The notes under the pieces were generated by a model. It did not search any database and was not told the DNA's origin. It worked only from the letters and a program-made list of their open reading frames with translations. From contig CAWAKC010000010.1 of the NCBI GenBank assembly GCA_963782525.1, positions 96,001 to 160,000 of the forward strand: a DNA stretch of 64,000 bases, in the 5' to 3' direction. A program made the position numbers and the translations under genes. Of this stretch, positions 20,281-30,831 are shown piece by piece. Position 1 is the first letter of the stretch. The number at the start of each line of letters is the position of its first letter. This stretch comes from Candidatus Bathyarchaeota archaeon (GTDB lineage Archaea > Thermoproteota > Bathyarchaeia > Bathyarchaeales > Bathycorpusculaceae).

Positions 20281-21621
20281 ATGCAAAAAATAAATAGCAT
20301 AACCAAGTTAGAGCTCAACATTAACGAGGCATATACTTTGAAGTTAATCTTCGTTGCAATAGATGGAATGGGAGATTTGCCGATTAAATCTTTAGGCAAC
20401 AAAACACCCCTTGAAGTTGCAGAAACTCCAAATTTGGATGCGCTTGCAAAAACAGGTAAGATTGGTTTGATGTACTCCGTGAAGAAGGGTGTGGCGCCTG
20501 AGAGTGATGTGGCGGTTATTTCGCTTTTAGGTTATGACCCATTCAAGTACAGCACAGGCAGAGGAGTTATTGAAGCTGCGGGTGCAGGCTTGAAGATGAA
20601 GGATGGCGATTTAGCCTTACGATGCAACTTTGCCACGTTGGGTGAGGGAAAAAATATTCTTGACCGGCGTGTAGCCCGTAGCTTAACCACCGAAGAAGCT
20701 ACTGAACTCAGCAAAGCAGTCAACAAAGGAATAAAACTTGCGTCATACCCTGCAACCTTCGAGTTCCGCAACACCCTCGGGCACAGGGCAGTATTGCTTA
20801 TAAAAAGTAAAGGTAAGCCTCTTTCAAGCGATATAACCAACAGCGACCCAGCCTACACAATCGTCAACGGCATAGGCGTTGCAAAAGCTGAAGTTGAAAT
20901 GGTGTTGCAAACCTGCGAACCCACCAACAAGACAGAAGCAGCAAAAGTCTCAGCCGACTTGGTAAATGAATTCATAACAAAATCTCATGATCTCTGTGAA
21001 AACCACCCCATAAACGTAAAACGTGCGGCTGAAGGAAAGCTGAAAGCAAACGTTGTTTTAACCCGCGACGCAGGGCATTTGCTTCCAAAATTCTTCAACA
21101 TAAACGAGCATTACCATGTTAACTTCGCCTGTTTAGCAGATATGCATGCAGAACGCGGCATTGCACAGCTTGCGGGTATGGATTCCTCTTTGCTTCCGCC
21201 GCCTTCAGGAAACCTCCAAAAAGACTGCGAATTCAGAGTAAAAGCGTTGCTCGATGCCCTGCCAAAGCATGATTGCTTCTACATTCACCTCAAAGGACCA
21301 GACGAACCTGGACACGACGGCAACTGCACCTTAAAAACTCAGATTATCTCAGCGATTGACAAATACTTCTTTGGACCACTTCTAAAACAGATTTCGCTTA
21401 AAGACAACCTTATCTGTGTAACCACTGACCATGCAACGCCTTGCGCTTTGAAAGTGCACAGTGACACTCCCGTTCCGGTATTGATTTCAGGTGATCACAT
21501 GGGCGATGGAAAAGCAGTCAAGTTCTGTGAGAAAGAATGTGCTAAGGGCAGTCTCGGCACCATCGAGCGTGGATGTGAGTTGATGCCAAAACTTATGAAG
21601 CTAATTAAAAAGCGGGATTAA
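20281..21621 (+). CDS. apgM: ApgM-family phosphoglycerate mutase paralog
   Basis: IDGMGD, KTPLE, PESDVA, HLKGPDEPGHDG, TDHATP...HS. Likely start TTG at 20338. Confidence 0.88.
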   Translation: MQKINSITKLELNINEAYTLKLIFVAIDGMGDLPIKSLGNKTPLEVAETPNLDALAKTGKIGLMYSVKKGVAPESDVAVISLLGYDPFKYSTGRGVIEAAGAGLKMKDGDLALRCNFATLGEGKNILDRRVARSLTTEEATELSKAVNKGIKLASYPATFEFRNTLGHRAVLLIKSKGKPLSSDITNSDPAYTIVNGIGVAKAEVEMVLQTCEPTNKTEAAKVSADLVNEFITKSHDLCENHPINVKRAAEGKLKANVVLTRDAGHLLPKFFNINEHYHVNFACLADMHAERGIAQLAGMDSSLLPPPSGNLQKDCEFRVKALLDALPKHDCFYIHLKGPDEPGHDGNCTLKTQIISAIDKYFFGPLLKQISLKDNLICVTTDHATPCALKVHSDTPVPVLISGDHMGDGKAVKFCEKECAKGSLGTIERGCELMPKLMKLIKKRD

Positions 21622-21698
21622 TTATGTTTCCTAAATTTTTCTTTTAAGCATTTAGAAATAAAAAATAGAGAAAAGGGATTTTTTATCCCTTGTTTGTT

Positions 21699-24339
21699 TT
21701 ATGGTCTTTTCCTAAACATCGATAGTACTACAACAATGAGGACTATAATGATCAGAACGAATAGTCCAGCGATTGCGGGGACAAAGTAGGTGTCAGCGGC
21801 TGATGCGGGCTGCGGTGATGGTGCTGCTGTTGCTGCTAGAGGTAGGTCATATGCCATCGTTGTTTCTGAGGATGAGCTAAAGTACGAGTTTGATCCGCTA
21901 AATGTTGCAGTGATTGTGTATGTGCCTACGCCTGCTGTAAGCATGTTTTGGTCAGCTAAGAAGGCGAATTGACCGTTAGTGTCAGAGTGTGTGTCGCCGA
22001 GGTGAACTTGGTTGCCGTTGGGGTCAGTAGCGTCGATTGACACTGGGACTCCTGTTGCATTCGTGGGTTTTGCCTGTTGCTGGTAGAGGTATTCCATCCA
22101 TTGACTCATGCTTGCGTCTGAGATTGCGGGTGTGCCTGCTGCGGGTACTCCTAAGCTTGTTTGACCTGGTGATTGATCAGTGACTGTGCCCGATATCAAG
22201 ACCTTAGCTGGGTTGTTTATGGCTGGTGCCGTTGTTACGGTTGTTTCTGTTCGTCCTTTGCCAAAACAGTATATCTGGTTGTCGTAACCGTTGAGTGCGA
22301 CCATATAGCCATCGCTGAATCCTGGGAACTGCCACCATCCTTGTTCTCTAAAGATCACTTCTCCAGTCGTTTCATTTAGACACACGACGTATTCTCCTCT
22401 GTATAGCGGAGAGTTAGGAGAGTGCTCGCCTGTTGTAGCATATAATTTTCCGTCAGCAACTGTCATTTCAAGTGTACCTGATAAGCCGCCGAAAGGATAG
22501 TCACCGTATGGGGTTTCAAGTCCGCTGCTTGGACCATTGTATGTCCAAAGATATGCACCTGTTTTTACATTGTAAGCGCTGATGGTTCCGTCGTAGCTAG
22601 TTGTGAACAGAAGATCCGCTTTTGGATCAATGTCACAAGTCATGTCATAGGATGCCCATGCAGTACTGTTTGCTCTTGGCGAAATTTCCCATATTTTTTC
22701 TCCTGTTTTAACGTTGAAGCCAGTCCATTTCTGGTCGCCCCAGGTTGATAATGTCATGACTCCGTCGGCGATGTTTCCTCCGTTAGTGTAAAGGTACATG
22801 TATCCGAACAAGCCAGTTTCGTTTGTCTGCCAGATCATTGCACCCGTGTTTGCATCGTAGCCTGTTAACTCCACTAGGGGTTCAGTTGTATTTAGTTTGT
22901 CGTTATAAGTGACCAAGACGCCATCGTCGTAAGCAAGGTGATATAAAGACTGCGAGGTCGGAGCCGGCATTGATACGTTATACATTATTCCATTTGGCCA
23001 GTTGTATACGGTCGTTGAAGAGGGTCTCCATTCTAAAACACCAGCGCCACTCGTTGAGGCGCCCCCGACAGCTTGTGTTGAATTCCACATAATCAGACGG
23101 TTGTTGCTGAGAATGAACGCAAGTAGATCCCCTTGTGAGTCATATGCGTATGCGCTGCCAGCAATGCTGTTGTTGAATGTAGAAATCAAGTTGCCAGTGG
23201 TCGCGTCCATCATCGCGTACCTTCCAGTTGCGCAGTTCCAAAGATATGCCTAGTGCGCCGTTTTGGTTTCCCGTTTCGTATAGTAGTGTTTGACCTAGAG
23301 TAAGCCCGTTGACAGTGTATAATTGACCACCAGCCGTGGTGGAGGTGTTGTTTTGGAACCAAATTGTTTGGCCAGTGCGTAGGTCAACAGCATAGTATCC
23401 GTAAGCAGGTGGGGTTTGTTTGCTGTAGTACAGAATTCCGTTGATGATGATGGGTGTAAAGTAGACTTCGTAAGACTGCCCAGTATAGTAGGTATTCTCG
23501 CCTAAACCACCAGCTACAGTTCCTCCACTCGTAATCGGCTTTGTCCATACTATGTGGCCTGAATTAGGCGCAAGTCCATTAGGCTGGTATCGATTAGTTG
23601 CTGGTGAGCTGGGTGATGCTACACCGCCAGAATTACCCGTTGCTAATAGCCAGTCTCCACCGTATGAAGCCCATTCCTTGTTGAGAGCGTTTATCGGTCT
23701 AGTCCAGTAATCGGTTGGAAGTGGCGCAGATGGATAGGCTGCAAGTGGTTCTTGCTGCACAGTGAACGTTGCCACGTTGCTTAAGGATGGTTGATAGTAG
23801 AGGTTTATGACTCCGACGTTAGTTGCAGGCCAAGCGGTTGTGGAGCGTGGAGTGTCGTTTATCCATTGTCCAGGGAAATAGAACTGAACTTTGTATGTGC
23901 CCAATTCTGTTGGATTGAAAAGAATGTAGGCGTTGCTGATAGGGTCGGCTGTGTATGGTCCCATGGTTTGGTTTTTGCCGTCTGGATCTGTGATTGTTAG
24001 CGTATAGCCCTTGAAGAGGTCACCTATGTTATTTGTGGCTGAACTGACGCCGCTGCCGTTTGCGTTCATCGATATTTCTGTCATAAACATGACAATTTCG
24101 ACTGATTGCCCTAAACCTGGATTGGGTGAACTGATAGCTACCCAAGCGTGTGTTGGAACGGAAGTTGTGAATAATGCGTTTGCGTTTGGAGTTAGTAATG
24201 CTGCGGATGAAGAGATTGCTAATATTAGAATCAGAGCGATTGCAATTTTTTTGTTTTTATCTTCTATTTTCATTTTTTTTCCTTTCCTAAAATTATTTTT
24301 TGGATGAGGCAAATTTATTTTTTTGGGAAAATGCCGCAT
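21699..24339 (-). pseudogene. PQQ-like beta-propeller surface protein split by a +1 frameshift (ORFs 23140-24339 and 21699-23213)
   Basis: Paralog of 5-2689. Removing one G at 23249-23250 (CTA GGC ATA to CTA GCA TAT) restores NQNGALAYLWNCATGRYAMMDATTG and joins the two ORFs. Confidence 0.85.
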
Positions 24340-24378
24340 CCTAGCAGTTCCAACGTAAGTGATGTATTTAAGGGGGTG

Positions 24379-24397
24379 TTGGTGGGATTTCCACCAA
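24379..24397. promoter_or_regulatory. Palindromic candidate operator in divergent promoter
   Basis: TTGGTGG-gattt-CCACCAA lies just upstream of the minus-strand TATA-like CTTAAATA (about 24365-24372) and between the propeller and TrmB genes. Confidence 0.45.
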
Positions 24398-24474
24398 TTG
24401 CCTGAGTGGTTTTTTAGTATTTCATAAGTGAACTTTCAAAAATTATAAATAATAAAAAAAATAAATTTAGATTA

Positions 24475-26274
24475 ATGGCGGCAAATTCAAGTTTGCACAG
24501 AGAAGAGAATATTAAAACTTTAGTTAGTCTGGGAATTAATGGTACACAAGCAAAAATTTGTTTAGCGCTTGCTCGGATTGGGGCGTCTACAATAAGTGAA
24601 CTCGCAGATGCTGCTGGGGTTGCTCGCCCGGACACCTATCGTGCAGTGGTTGAGCTCGAGAAAAAAGGGTTACTCGAGAAGATTGTATCGGCTCCAGCAC
24701 GGTATGAGCTTCTTCCTTTACCAGAAGTTTTATCCATACTGACAGAGCGGAAAGAAAAAGAAAATCGAGAATTACATGAAAAAACAGCCAACTTACTCAA
24801 GGAATATGAAAACTTGACAGATAAGCAATCTGTCGGCGGGTGTCAATTTGTTTTGGTTCCAAGCGGAAGGGCTTTTTCAAATCGTTTGCAAAAACTGATT
24901 GAAATCTCTCAAAAAAGCATCTGCATCATTACAATTCAAAAGACACTCGCGCAATTTCTTGATTTAGTACTAGTAAAAAATAGGGTGACAATCGGGAAGG
25001 AAGTACATGTCAGAATAATAACTGAAAAACATAGAAATAATTCTTTAACAAAAAGAATTTTTGGTCTGCAACAAGAGATCCATTTGGAAACAAGGTTCCT
25101 CGATATTATGCCCCCCTTCTCGTTGGTTACTTTCGACGAAAAAGAAATTCTTCTCTCAACACAAACTAAAAACAGAGATGATAGCTTCGTAGTCTACTCA
25201 AACAACGTCAGCTTAGTAGAATTGTCGCAGAGCCACTTTAACGACTCATGGTTCTCAGCAGACGAACCTCCTGGTTTAACTTTTAAACGGACCAAACTAC
25301 AATTTGACTATTTATGTGCAAACATGCTTAACGGCTTTGCCTACTGTAAAATGATATTCAAGAACGGGAAGCCGACAGATTTTATTTATCTCCAAATTAA
25401 CGAGGCTTTCGAAAGAATAACTGGACTAAATCGAGGACAAGTCATCGGCAAGGGAGTTTTAAAAGTAATACCTGGAATTGAAGGAGCAAACCCAGAATTA
25501 TTTGAAATATATGGCCGAGTTGCCTGCAGTGGAAAATCAGAAGAACTTGAAGCCTTCGTTAAACCCTTGAACCTCTGGCTGCATCTCTCAATTTACAGTC
25601 CGAAAAAAGGGTATTTCGCTGTAATATTTGAAGACATCACAGAGCGCAAGAAAGCGGAAGAAGAACGCGAAATTATGATTAACTTTCTAAAAATAGCTAA
25701 TTCAACAACCGACACGCGTGATTTGATCAGAGCTACCGTCGATTTTTTCCAGAAAGAATCCTGTTGTGAAGCGGTAGGAATTAGGCTTAAGGAGGGAGAT
25801 GATTATCCGTATTATGAAACGAGGGGTTTTCCCCAAGAACATGTCAGATTAGAAAACAAACTTTGCAAGACAGATGATTCTGGATGTATTGTTAGTGATT
25901 TTAAGGGCGATCCACTCATGGAATGTATGTGTGGAAACGTCATATGCGCACGGTTTGATCCGACAAAAAAGTTCTTCACGAAAAAAGGAAGCTTTTGGGC
26001 AAACGACACAACACGCCTCCTTGCGACCACCACTCCTGCCGACCGCCAAACCAACACCCGCAACCGTTGCAACGGGGAAGGGTACGAATCGGTGGCGCTT
26101 ATTGCTTTGCGCGTTGGGAATCACAAGTTGGGACTGTTACAGTTGAACGATAAGCGGAAGAACATGTTTACGCTTGAAAAAATTGAGATGTGGGAACGAA
26201 TAGCGGATAGTTTAGCACTTGGATTATCCAAAACCATCGCTGAAGAATCCCTCTACAAATACGAGCACATGTGA
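24475..26274 (+). CDS. TrmB-family HTH regulator fused to PAS and Cys-rich GAF domains
   Basis: N-terminal TrmB wHTH (ISELADAAGVARPDTYRAVVELEKKGL), PAS (NEAFERITGL...FEDITERK), GAF (MECMCGNV, RNRCNGEGYESVALIAL). Confidence 0.85.
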   Translation: MAANSSLHREENIKTLVSLGINGTQAKICLALARIGASTISELADAAGVARPDTYRAVVELEKKGLLEKIVSAPARYELLPLPEVLSILTERKEKENRELHEKTANLLKEYENLTDKQSVGGCQFVLVPSGRAFSNRLQKLIEISQKSICIITIQKTLAQFLDLVLVKNRVTIGKEVHVRIITEKHRNNSLTKRIFGLQQEIHLETRFLDIMPPFSLVTFDEKEILLSTQTKNRDDSFVVYSNNVSLVELSQSHFNDSWFSADEPPGLTFKRTKLQFDYLCANMLNGFAYCKMIFKNGKPTDFIYLQINEAFERITGLNRGQVIGKGVLKVIPGIEGANPELFEIYGRVACSGKSEELEAFVKPLNLWLHLSIYSPKKGYFAVIFEDITERKKAEEEREIMINFLKIANSTTDTRDLIRATVDFFQKESCCEAVGIRLKEGDDYPYYETRGFPQEHVRLENKLCKTDDSGCIVSDFKGDPLMECMCGNVICARFDPTKKFFTKKGSFWANDTTRLLATTTPADRQTNTRNRCNGEGYESVALIALRVGNHKLGLLQLNDKRKNMFTLEKIEMWERIADSLALGLSKTIAEESLYKYEHM

Positions 26275-26379
26275 CTTCGGTAACCCCTTTGTTTCCCATA
26301 GAAGCACTTGTTGTAGGCACAGTACAGTCACAACTTCTAAAAAACCTGCTTAAACGCTCAATACTCGAGGATAAAAGTT

Positions 26380-26961
26380 ATGAAAATCGCCATCATCGGC
26401 AAAGGCAATGTCGGAACCGCATTATCAAAGGGCCTAAGCAAAGCAGGACACGAAATAAAGTTTGGTCACCGAGACCCCGAAGAACCCGTCGCCGAAGCCG
26501 CCAAATGGGGCGAAGTAATCATACTGGCAGTACCTCACGAAAACGTCAACGACGCCATAAGAGAAATCCAACCGCAGGCCAACGGAAAAATCGTAATCGA
26601 CGTAACGAACGCTATAGGAGAAGATTACGGTTTAGGCATTAGTTGCACAACTTCCACCGCTGAAGAAACCCAGAAAAAACTTCCCAAAGCAAAAGTCGTG
26701 AAAGCATTCAACACCGTTTTCGCTCCAAACCAAAACACAGGGAAAGTTGCTGGCGAACAAATAACTGCTTTCATGGCGGGAAACGACTTGAAAGCTAAAC
26801 AGACGGTGGCACAGTTAACTCGTGACATCGGTTTTGACCCAGTCGATTGCGGACCATTAAAATCAGCGCGTTACCTGGATGCTATGGGGATTTTAATTAT
26901 CAATTTAGCGTATACTCAAAGCATGGGGAACAAGATGGGCTACAAACTGATAAAAGCATAA
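26380..26961 (+). CDS. npdG: NADPH-dependent F420 reductase family oxidoreductase
   Basis: MKIAIIGKGNVG, ILAVP, IDVTN, VVKAFNT, GFDPVDCGPL motifs. Confidence 0.85.
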   Translation: MKIAIIGKGNVGTALSKGLSKAGHEIKFGHRDPEEPVAEAAKWGEVIILAVPHENVNDAIREIQPQANGKIVIDVTNAIGEDYGLGISCTTSTAEETQKKLPKAKVVKAFNTVFAPNQNTGKVAGEQITAFMAGNDLKAKQTVAQLTRDIGFDPVDCGPLKSARYLDAMGILIINLAYTQSMGNKMGYKLIKA

Positions 26962-26990
26962 CAAAAAATCCAAATCTATTGCATGAAAAA

Positions 26991-27149
26991 GAAGTTGCTG
27001 CTACAAACGATTTTGACATCAACTGTTGCATATATCAAAACTAAAACAAAATTACCGAATCTGCCTTAGCAAGTTAATTGGTTTGAATCAGTAGGAACCA
27101 GAGAAGTTGTTGTTGCAAATGATTCTAAACACTTGTTGCAGCAATCAAA
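26991..27149 (+). repeat. ~160-bp imperfect direct repeat, left copy
   Basis: Shares ACCAGAGAAGTTGTTGTTGCAA (27097-27118), GTTAATTGGTTTGA and TATCAAAACTAA in the same order with 32557-32722. Confidence 0.88.
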
Positions 27150-27238
27150 TCTAAACTCATTGACATTAATGCATGTTATTTTAGTTTTTTTTGGGACCTT
27201 AACTGCAGTCGGAAGTCTTATATTCTAAGAATACAGAT

Positions 27239-27667
27239 ATGAGAATAGGTGATTTTTTTATGGTAGAGAGCAAAACTACTTTTCTTAAGCCTTGTTTGAA
27301 GAAATATCTTATAACTTGGAGCCTCATTTTGGGGCGCGAGGAACTTGAAAAGATATCAAGACGTCCAGATGTTCTGCAAAAAGGGCTCAAATACGTGAAG
27401 AAAACGAGCAGGCAGAGTGCGCTTGAAATCTACCGGATAGGTCAGATGGAGGAAGTGACTCATTTTGAACGAATCTCCCCTCAAGCCACCCCTGCCGCAG
27501 CGCACCCCCGCGGAATAGCAATTGCCCAAGCAACCTCAATAGAGGAAGTGAGAACTATGGTGAACTACTGGGTAGAAGGATTCGGGTTCGGAGGAGTTCC
27601 CGTGAGTAACTATCTTGAATATGACATCAAACCCTTGATTGATATTACCGCAGGAGGCAAACAATAA
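27239..27667 (+). CDS. Hypothetical protein (possible YCII/muconolactone-isomerase-like fold)
   Basis: GIAIAQATSIEEVRTMVNYW...LEYDIKPLID resembles dimeric alpha-beta barrel proteins; stop overlaps the next start (TAATG). Confidence 0.55.
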   Translation: MRIGDFFMVESKTTFLKPCLKKYLITWSLILGREELEKISRRPDVLQKGLKYVKKTSRQSALEIYRIGQMEEVTHFERISPQATPAAAHPRGIAIAQATSIEEVRTMVNYWVEGFGFGGVPVSNYLEYDIKPLIDITAGGKQ

Positions 27668-28599
27668 TGTCAGTTTTCAACGTTGTCGGAGTCGTCAGGT
27701 ATGGGCAAGCTATTCTTCAAGCAGATACGGTAAATTTTGCCTCAAACAGCAAACTGGTGCTAGCACCTTCAGAGAAAAACATGATTCCCCCAAAGTCACT
27801 AACGATAATTGCCAACACCATACAAATCGCAGGCCACGCAGAAATAACATATGACTTTGACGGGTTACCCGGCTTCGATTCAGACACACCCGCACCCCCA
27901 CAAACTGCCACAGTACCAAACGGTTCAAACGGCAGCTCAAGCCCAGGCGAAGGCAGCTACCCCCAAGCAAACAATGGCGGAAACGGACAACCAGGAAAAA
28001 CAGGCATCAAAGGCATCGCCGGTCAAGACGCACCAGAACTAGAAATCTTTGTTGGCAAAGTCGTACAAGTCAACCCAGACGCCATAACCGTGAACTTTAA
28101 AGGACAAGACGGCGGAAAAGGTGGAACCGGCGGCATCGGCGGAAAAGGCGGAGACGGACAGAAAGGCGCTGCATCACAAACCAGCGATTCATGGTATGAT
28201 GGCGACCAATGCGACCGCGAACCAGGACGAGGAGGAAACGGAGGCAAAGGCGGGGACGCCGGTTTTCCAGGCAGAGGCGGCCAAGGAGGAAACGGTGGCA
28301 TAGTCAAAGTCTTTGCAATAAAAGCATCCCTTCCGGCAGTCCAAGGCTGGAAATACATCGTAAACGGAGGCAAAGGAGCTGACCCAGGTGACCCAGGAAA
28401 AGAAGGCGCAGGCGGAGCAGGCGGTCCACAAGGAACCCAAAACGACCCATGCCCCTCAAGACCCGAATACCACGGAACAGACGGACCCCCAGGACAATTA
28501 ATGAATAACGCCGACCCTAACTGGCAGAACACATACAAAGGAAAAGATGGTTTAGACGGGGATGTAGGAACATACGAACTAACAGGAGTACCAAACTAA
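27667..28599 (+). CDS. Glycine-rich collagen-like/PGRS-like protein A
   Basis: Long GxxGxxG runs (GGKGGTGGIGGKGGDG) interleaved with short beta-strands; no signal peptide. Confidence 0.8.
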   Translation: MSVFNVVGVVRYGQAILQADTVNFASNSKLVLAPSEKNMIPPKSLTIIANTIQIAGHAEITYDFDGLPGFDSDTPAPPQTATVPNGSNGSSSPGEGSYPQANNGGNGQPGKTGIKGIAGQDAPELEIFVGKVVQVNPDAITVNFKGQDGGKGGTGGIGGKGGDGQKGAASQTSDSWYDGDQCDREPGRGGNGGKGGDAGFPGRGGQGGNGGIVKVFAIKASLPAVQGWKYIVNGGKGADPGDPGKEGAGGAGGPQGTQNDPCPSRPEYHGTDGPPGQLMNNADPNWQNTYKGKDGLDGDVGTYELTGVPN

Positions 28600-28606
28600 G
28601 GAGGAT

Positions 28607-29665
28607 ATGAGTAAAATGATCGTAACCGAAATATTTACCGTAACCGGCAACACCGATGTCGACGACGACATAATATTCTGCAGAAGATTAGTATTCGTAG
28701 GACCAAACGCTCAACTTGTAATCAAACCCAAGAAAGGCGCACCACCAGGCGCTCAACGCATCCTCAAAATAGTAACCAATGTCATCGACTCAACATTAGC
28801 CGGAGGCTCAGGAGAAATAACATACAACCTCGACGGAGACTACTTCCCAGCATATGAACTCCCAATAGGCGATTCCGGTCTTGACCCCGAGACACAAGCC
28901 AAGACTGGAGACGATGGAACCCCAAGCTTCAACCAAGGCCCAATTCCACTCCCAGACATCGCATCACCAAACTTCGACTTAATTCTAGACCCAACTCACT
29001 TTGTGGGTAATTACCCAAGAGCTTTAGATGGCGGCAGCGGCAAACCAGGCGGCAGAGGCAACAAAGGAGTGACTGGAGTCAACGCACCTATCGTGGAAAT
29101 CTGGGTCACAGAAATCGACGGAAAATTGGTTCTCGACCTTAAAGGGCAACAAGGCGGCATCGGCGGAAAAGGAGGAAACGGCCAGATCGCAGGCAACGGA
29201 CAAGGAGGATCGCTTGGAGTTCCAGGAACAGACACAACATGGCTAGGCATTCCAAACCTCACTTGCATACAAGGACCAGGATTGGGTGGCGATGGCGGTA
29301 AAGGAGGAAACGCAGGATGCGGTGGAGACGGTGGAGACGGCGGCAATGGAGGCACAGCCAAAATATTCTACACTAGTAGCGTAAACATGGCCAATGTGAC
29401 ACCAAACCTCCAAAAAGGCAAAGGCGGACAGCCTGGATCACCAGGAATAGCGGGCAAAGGGGGGAAATCAGGTCCACCTGGAGCCAATCCTCCACCATGT
29501 CCATCAGCTTTAGTCTCCCAAGATGGTGCAGACGGCGACCCATGCCTCTCAGACACTGGAGATAAACGCGGCGGAGTAGCACAACCCGGGGCAGACGGCA
29601 TAGACGGAAAGTATTACACTTACCCAATCAAAGCCATTCCCCAAATGCCCGGACTCTTTCCCTAA
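28607..29665 (+). CDS. Glycine-rich collagen-like/PGRS-like protein B (paralog of A)
   Basis: Shares EITY, YP.A..GG.G.PG..G.KG..G..AP..EI.V, KGQ.GG.GG and G.DG blocks with protein A; GGAGG RBS upstream. Confidence 0.8.
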   Translation: MSKMIVTEIFTVTGNTDVDDDIIFCRRLVFVGPNAQLVIKPKKGAPPGAQRILKIVTNVIDSTLAGGSGEITYNLDGDYFPAYELPIGDSGLDPETQAKTGDDGTPSFNQGPIPLPDIASPNFDLILDPTHFVGNYPRALDGGSGKPGGRGNKGVTGVNAPIVEIWVTEIDGKLVLDLKGQQGGIGGKGGNGQIAGNGQGGSLGVPGTDTTWLGIPNLTCIQGPGLGGDGGKGGNAGCGGDGGDGGNGGTAKIFYTSSVNMANVTPNLQKGKGGQPGSPGIAGKGGKSGPPGANPPPCPSALVSQDGADGDPCLSDTGDKRGGVAQPGADGIDGKYYTYPIKAIPQMPGLFP

Positions 29666-29712
29666 AAAATATCCACGGTTAGCTCTTTAAACGCTAACCG
29701 CAAACCCTTTTT

Positions 29713-30831
29713 TTATTTTTGCTGTAAACTAATTCCTCTATCTTGAATTTCATCAGAAACCACTTTTCTAAACAAGATAGTTCCCTTAATTGATTCTTCG
29801 ACTTCGAGCTCGGTAACTTTGCCAAGGATTGTTTCCATGTCGGCAAGAATCTCTGGACATGTTGCCTGAACTGATTTTTTGAAGGGCTCAAAGGGGACAT
29901 AGAAGGATGGTTTTCTACCTTTTCTCGCTTCTTCAAGTACCACAGGGCATCTTGAGAGTGAATATGCCCAGAACCTGAGGTAAAAATTCGCATTCGGATA
30001 ATCTTTCTTAGCAATCAATGCGTTTGCGACCAGCTCCCGGTATTCAAGCTCTAGGGGAGAGATAGAATATGCGAAATGACCTTTTGCCCTCATACTTACC
30101 CCAGAAAGTTGGCGTCCATCACACCTCAACCGCACATTATCGTAAACTCTGCGAAGCGCAGCAAGCGAGAATGATGGGTCGACATCCAAATGCAGATTAC
30201 CCCTTAACAGTGGTTCCAGCTCGCAATTGGTTTCCCCAGCCATATGCTCGAGTTTAGTCACTGGGCGAGTCAAAAGACTCATAGTGCTGCGTTTAAGGCA
30301 GTCCGCCAAGGCTGTGATATAGTAAGAATGGGCTGTCTGCAAAAAGAAGAGAGCAGCCGAAGGAAAATCCAGATTCTTTCTTGACTCTTCAAGAGCAGCA
30401 TCGCCAAACCCTATCTGGTGCCCAATTCTTTGCTCCCACACAGCCTTATCGTAAACACTCAACTTTATACTATCAATCAGGTCCCTAACGGGTTCAGATC
30501 GCAACCAGACCGGCTCATACTCGAGCAGAAGATGAGGAAGAACTTTGTAACTCGCAGCCTCGAGGGAGTCAACCATCTTTGAAACCGGTATCCATAGAAT
30601 GTCTACGAACACTCGTCCCATTTGGCTCTCCACTGTTATTCTCTCCGGGTATTCTTCGGGCCCCTCCCAGATCGATATTAAATCGACATCTGACACTTCA
30701 GGGCAATCCTCATCCAAAAAAGGTTTTCTAACTAGAACACCCAAAGATCGGGGTTCAAGCAAACTAGACGCCTTCTTTGCAGCTTCAAGAAGGCTACGGT
30801 TATCTAAGGTAAGAGGACTGTCTTCAAGCAT
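29713..30831 (-). CDS. Hypothetical protein with predicted nucleotidyltransferase-like N-terminal fold and helical C-terminal domain
   Basis: SDVDL followed by a downstream VDI strand typical of Pol-beta NTases. The GS motif is replaced by KP. Confidence 0.55.
   Translation of the reverse strand: MLEDSPLTLDNRSLLEAAKKASSLLEPRSLGVLVRKPFLDEDCPEVSDVDLISIWEGPEEYPERITVESQMGRVFVDILWIPVSKMVDSLEAASYKVLPHLLLEYEPVWLRSEPVRDLIDSIKLSVYDKAVWEQRIGHQIGFGDAALEESRKNLDFPSAALFFLQTAHSYYITALADCLKRSTMSLLTRPVTKLEHMAGETNCELEPLLRGNLHLDVDPSFSLAALRRVYDNVRLRCDGRQLSGVSMRAKGHFAYSISPLELEYRELVANALIAKKDYPNANFYLRFWAYSLSRCPVVLEEARKGRKPSFYVPFEPFKKSVQATCPEILADMETILGKVTELEVEESIKGTILFRKVVSDEIQDRGISLQQK

Noticed and set aside
28023-29627. 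Pro-rich antisense ORFs over the Gly-rich genes
   Set aside because: Shadow frames of GGN codon runs.
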